DNA of 28,420 nt from an uncultured Candidatus Saccharibacteria bacterium (lineage in GTDB: Bacteria > Patescibacteriota > Minisyncoccia > Minisyncoccales > UBA10102). The DNA is taken from the NCBI GenBank assembly GCA_964485065.1, contig CAZAHG010000001.1, positions 1 to 28,420 of the forward strand, in the 5' to 3' direction. A program made the position numbers and the translations under genes. Position 1 is the first letter of the stretch. The number at the start of each line of letters is the position of its first letter. This document shows positions 26,042-28,420 of this stretch, piece after piece. The notes under the pieces were generated by a model that was given only the letters and a program-made list of their open reading frames with translations, had not been told where the DNA came from and did not search any database.

Positions 26042-27781
26042 TTACATGCGCTCGGGGGTTTTGATGCCGAGGAGAAACAAGCTGTTTTGGAGAAGCTGGG
26101 CTGCGGCTGCCGTAAGGCAGAGGCGAAATTCAACCGTCTGAGGGGTTTTAGCCTTGAGCACCGGATGGGTATTGTAGAAAAAGTTGTATTTCTGGGCGAG
26201 GCCAAGCGCAAAGTTCGCGATGGCGTTCGGGGCAAGCTTTTCTGCGGCCTCCTGCACAATCTCGGGAAACTTTTGGATGTGCCGCAAAATATCCATCTCC
26301 TCTTTCGAAACCTTGACTACGTCAAGGTTTTTGGATGAAAACTTGGTTGGACTAAGTTTGCTCAGAATGCTTTTGCAGCGAGCATAAGCATACTGAAGAT
26401 ATGGACCGCTGTCTCCATCCAGACTCAAAGACTTTTCAACATCAAAAACAATATCCTTGCCCAGGTTTCCCTTCAAAAATGAGTATTTAATGGCTCCCAG
26501 GGCTATGTTCTCTTCGGCGGCTTCTTTTTCTTGCTCTTGAATCTTGCTTCCCGGCGAGTTCACGAGTTGAGAAACCCTACCCCTTACTCCTTCTATCATC
26601 TCTTCTGCGGTTATAAGATTGCCCGTTCTGCTGGATATTTTGCCTTCGGGCAGGCGAACCATGCCGTGGGCGACGTGGCGGGTCTTTTGAGCCAGGTCGG
26701 GGTATACCTGTTCCAAAACCCTCAAAAGAACCCTGAAATACTCAATGACTTCGCTTCCGGTAACGATAACGGAGAGATCGTATTTGAAATCCTTGTATTT
26801 GGTCGGAGCCAACCCGAGCTCTTTTGCCTCATAGGTAGGAAGTCCCTGCGCATTCACGAATACTCTTGTATGCAGTCCATATTTCTCTCCGGGGAACACG
26901 ATGGCTCCCTGGCTTTTTTCAAAGATCCCTTTCTTCAATCCTTCTTCCACGATGCCGAGGCCGATCTTCCCCACCTGACTCTCAAAATAGTATGCGGAGA
27001 ACTTGGTTCCCAGTCTTTTATACATGGTCTCAAAATATTCAAGGCTCCACTTCTTTCCTTTTTCATACATCTCTCGTACGGATGCGTCCCGCGCAAAGAT
27101 TTTTGCGTTGAGGGCCTCGATGTCGCGCCTTGCTTCTTCTTGTTCTCCGTATGCCGCGCTTCCCGCCGCATACGACCGACCCAGAAACCTCACTCTTTCT
27201 GACAGTGTTTTTTTTTCCAAATCTTGCATGGAAATCCCATGCTGGCGCATGCCCCAGATTGCTTTTGCCACGTGCAGCCCTACGTCTCCCTGATAGTTCA
27301 CGCGCCGCACCCGGGCTCCCTGGGCCTCGAAAAGACGGCAGAGCGACTCCCCCACGATATTGCTGTAGAGATGGCCGACGTGAAACTCTTTGAAGGGATT
27401 CGGATCGGTAAACTCCACCATGACTCTTTTCCCTTTCCAGCTAAAGCTTTTTGCGTATGCTTCTTTCTTTTTTAATACTTCGTTGAGTTCGCCGAACAAA
27501 TATTCTTTGCTCAAAAAGAAATTAATGAATCCTGGTCCCGCAACCTCAATTTTCTCAATCGGGCCCTTTGCATCAACCTTGGAACGCATGGCGGAAACCA
27601 TGGATTCTGCCACTTCGCGAGGAGCGCGCTTGAGGAGTTGGCCGAGCGCGAGAGCGACGTTGGTGGAATAATCTCCGTGTTCTGCATACTGCGATCGCTC
27701 AAAAACAACCGCTTGAATAGGAGGTCCACCAAGGGTTTCTACCGCTTCCAATACCAGTCTTTCAAGTTCTTTTACAATCAT
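26042..27781 (-). CDS. argS: Arginine--tRNA ligase
   Basis: HGDYSTNVA, AGPGFINF, VEFTDPNPFKEFHVGHL, KISSRTG, GDSGPYLQYAYAR, FYNTHPVL, LGIKTPERM. Confidence 0.97.
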   Translation of the reverse strand: MIVKELERLVLEAVETLGGPPIQAVVFERSQYAEHGDYSTNVALALGQLLKRAPREVAESMVSAMRSKVDAKGPIEKIEVAGPGFINFFLSKEYLFGELNEVLKKKEAYAKSFSWKGKRVMVEFTDPNPFKEFHVGHLYSNIVGESLCRLFEAQGARVRRVNYQGDVGLHVAKAIWGMRQHGISMQDLEKKTLSERVRFLGRSYAAGSAAYGEQEEARRDIEALNAKIFARDASVREMYEKGKKWSLEYFETMYKRLGTKFSAYYFESQVGKIGLGIVEEGLKKGIFEKSQGAIVFPGEKYGLHTRVFVNAQGLPTYEAKELGLAPTKYKDFKYDLSVIVTGSEVIEYFRVLLRVLEQVYPDLAQKTRHVAHGMVRLPEGKISSRTGNLITAEEMIEGVRGRVSQLVNSPGSKIQEQEKEAAEENIALGAIKYSFLKGNLGKDIVFDVEKSLSLDGDSGPYLQYAYARCKSILSKLSPTKFSSKNLDVVKVSKEEMDILRHIQKFPEIVQEAAEKLAPNAIANFALGLAQKYNFFYNTHPVLKAKTPQTVEFRLCLTAAAAQLLQNSLFLLGIKTPERM

Positions 27782-27791
27782 GATTGCTTCA

Positions 27792-27816
27792 ATAGTATCG
27801 CATTTGGTCGTATAAT
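27792..27816. promoter_or_regulatory. Divergent -10 hexamers for argS (TACTAT, minus) and smpB (TATAAT, plus)
   Basis: Both in the 44-nt gap, 9-10 nt from each ATG. Confidence 0.6.
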
Positions 27817-27825
27817 GAAACCACC

Positions 27826-28263
27826 ATGAACGTGGTTGCAGAAAACCGCAGGGCGGCTTATGACTATGACATAAAAGAACGCTTTCACGCAGGGATTGTT
27901 TTGAACGGACAAGAGGTGAAATCGATAAAACTGGGGCGGGCGCAACTGGCAGGTTCCTTTGTCGTGGCCCAGCGCGGCGAACTATTCTGGGTCGGAGCTA
28001 CCATTCCGGCCTATCAGCCGACAAACGCTCCGCCAGGATACCAGGAAGAGCGGCAGCGGAAGCTCCTGCTCCAAAAACACGAGATCTCCCGCATCATAGG
28101 GAGCTATGAAAATCAGGGGTTGACTTTTTTACCGATTCGCCTGTATACTATGAAGGGCAAGATCAAGCTAGAATTCGCTCTCGCCAAAAAGCATAAGAAG
28201 GGCGACAAACGGCAGATTATTAAAAAACGAGAAGCAGAGCGAGAGATGCGAAGAAGCTTATGA
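27826..28263 (+). CDS. smpB: SsrA-binding protein
   Basis: NRRAAYDY, AGIVLNGQEVKSIK, RKLLLQKHEI, LAKKHKKGDKRQIIKKRE; followed by tmRNA. Confidence 0.97.
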   Translation: MNVVAENRRAAYDYDIKERFHAGIVLNGQEVKSIKLGRAQLAGSFVVAQRGELFWVGATIPAYQPTNAPPGYQEERQRKLLLQKHEISRIIGSYENQGLTFLPIRLYTMKGKIKLEFALAKKHKKGDKRQIIKKREAEREMRRSL

Positions 28264-28420
28264 GGGGGTGCCTGCTTTGACAGAGAAGAGAGGGATAGCG
28301 TGCAAGCCGAGCTGCCCGGGAAAAGCTCGTTAAAATCTTCCCGGGGCAACAAAAATGCCAACGTTTTTGAGCCCCAACGGGCTTACGCCTTCGCGTAATT
28401 TCGAAGGCCATCTGTCTCTT
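28264..28420 (+). ncRNA. ssrA: tmRNA (SsrA), 5' portion; tag peptide ANVFEPQRAYAFA* at 28357-28398
   Basis: GGGGGTG 5' acceptor strand, CTTTGAC D-loop-like segment, pk1-like pairings GAGC/GCTC and TGCCCGGGAA/TTCCCGGGGCA, AAAAT-GCC resume context, tag ending AFA; adjacent to smpB. Confidence 0.92.

Noticed and set aside
3928-26259. Long N-terminal extensions in the ORF track (SucD-like to 5082, glmS to 7895, orphan to 12873, AI-2E to 17656, surface protein to 22005, ileS to 26259)
   Set aside because: They overlap upstream genes; conserved N-termini and ATGA/TGATG overlaps define shorter starts.
23375-26570. Degenerate period-7 stretches in ileS (KSQKSKSE, about 23375-23405) and argS (SKIQEQE, about 26529-26548)
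   Set aside because: Too few and too divergent units to support by eye; possibly decayed members of the heptamer family.
15086-27825. T-box riboswitches upstream of the tRNA synthetase genes
   Set aside because: Intergenic gaps are tens of nucleotides or overlaps; no T-box motif or room for stem I.

Overview
Patescibacteria (CPR, Parcubacteria-like) chromosomal window; the lineage is inferred from gene content, compact overlaps and short leaders. Two long, tightly packed minus-strand housekeeping runs dominate. The first is leuS-glmS-[three-gene citrate-cleaving ligase/lyase]-yvcK-glmU-tsaC-tsaD(partial). The second is argS-ileS(with a His-phosphatase insert)-recO-surface protein-glyS(split)-M16 peptidase-AI-2E transporter-metG. 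Divergent plus-strand genes are a mutY-like glycosylase, smpB and the 5' part of tmRNA. An accessory zone (about 10.9-15.1 kb) holds a frameshifted GC-rich membrane-protein gene, tatD, and a block between metG and tatD (HAD hydrolase, circularly permuted ATP-grasp ligase, 100-aa orphan). The best candidates for an undescribed system are two leader-peptide attenuator-like switches in that block: one with a Leu/Ile/Val-rich leader, one with a Tyr/His/Trp cluster, both controlling non-biosynthetic genes. Other notable signals are short GC-rich palindromes inside coding sequences (one frameshifts glyS), 7-mer tandem repeats in aminoacyl-tRNA synthetase loops, and a split ATP-citrate lyase nested among UDP-GlcNAc genes. 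All calls come from reading the sequence; no searches or folding computations were run.
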